Below, piece by piece: positions 63,226 to 64,000 of a DNA stretch of 64,000 nt (positions within the stretch are counted from its first letter, which is position 1; every line of letters begins with the position of its first letter). Made by a program: the position numbers and the translations under genes. The DNA is from a virus: IMG/VR virus record IMGVR_UViG_3300022745_000029, positions 7,118 to 71,117 of that record. One strand, 5' to 3'. Under the pieces are notes generated by a model, which worked only from the letters and a program-made list of their open reading frames with translations, ran no database searches and was not told the DNA's origin.

Positions 63226-64000
63226 GGTGAGGGTTTCGAGAGGTTTTTACGTTAAGCTCATAGCCTATCGGAAAAATCCGGCTCTAAGACTATGGTTTTC
63301 TGCCTCAATTCTGACTGTCAAAATCACACCGCAAAGGGGTCTGATTGGTACGTAAAGACGGGCTACTACAAACCCAAGGGCAGCGGACAGCGAACCGCAC
63401 GTTACAAGTGCAAAGCATGCGGAAAGACGTTCTCGTCCAATACTCACAAACCGACGGCATACCAAAAGAAGCGGTCTATTAACCAGCGACTATTTGAACT
63501 CCTAGTTAGCGGAGTTTCGCTGCGTCGTGCAGCAGAGTTGCTTGAAGTTCAATACAACACGGTGCTGCTGCACTTTGACTATCTGTCAGAAGCTGCTAAG
63601 TTGCATCACACCAAGCTTTTGAAAACTATCGAGACCGAGTTTGTCCAAGTTGATGAGCTGGAGACGTTTATTCACGCGAGACCAAAATGCGTATCCGTCT
63701 CAATGGCGGTCAGAGTCAAGACCGGTCAGATATTGGGCTTCAACATTGCCCGTATGCCCGCTAAGGGGAAGCTTGCAGCAATCGGCGCATCTTTGTACGA
63801 CTGGACCGCAGATGAAAGGGCCGCTAAGTTTCAAGAGCTGCTTACCAGCTTTGTCGGTTGCTTGAAACCGTCAATTACCTTCAAAACAGACTCAAACACC
63901 AACTACCCAAAGTGGATTGCCGCTGTGGTGCCGCATGCCAAGCTGGAGCGCGTCAAGGGTAAGAACAAGAAACAGCCGATTGGAACGCCGAAGGAGTATG
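63226..64000 (+). mobile_element. IS1-like insertion sequence; transposase CDS 63292..>64000 (partial)
   Basis: Manual translation: zinc finger (C....C...RYKCKACGKTF), HTH (GVSLRRAAELLEV.YNTV), DDE residues (VQVDELETF, KTD); visibly lower GC; possible left end GGTGAGGG at 63226 (uncertain). Confidence 0.75.

Overview
The window is a large piece of a GC-rich, lambda/siphovirus-type temperate phage genome, probably of a proteobacterial host (inference). It is in the non-integrated form: an intact attP carrying the 3' half of tRNA-Cys lies beside a tyrosine integrase, with phage genes on both sides. There are two arms. The plus-strand late arm (11.4-40.4 kb) holds a tandem-HTH regulator, HNH, terminase, portal, S49 protease with nested scaffold, capsid, tail, lysis and a second fibre/decoration module. 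The minus-strand arm holds small accessory early genes (1-11.2 kb) and replication/recombination/nucleotide genes (42.4-63.2 kb: SbcCD, ThyX, resolvase, PolA, TraR-like, DUF5664, MazG, DnaQ, primase, SNF2 helicase). An IS1-like transposase runs off the right end. The most striking unexplained structure is non-coding. (1) An asymmetric 14-mer, TGACGTTGTCGGGG, occurs as 14 exact copies plus variants, clustered at 7.5-10.3 kb and also inside genes with a consistent orientation to transcription. This resembles mycobacteriophage stoperators, and a leaderless tandem-HTH gene is the candidate repressor. (2) A hairpin+RBS element recurs at early gene starts. (3) A ~1 kb hairpin-dense region has G-T pairs that favour the strand antisense to its neighbours. 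(4) A 21-bp tandem array carries six co-oriented GCTGGTGG octamers. (5) An 8-copy late promoter motif. All motifs were found and counted by eye; protein family calls rest on recognised motifs and synteny, not database searches.
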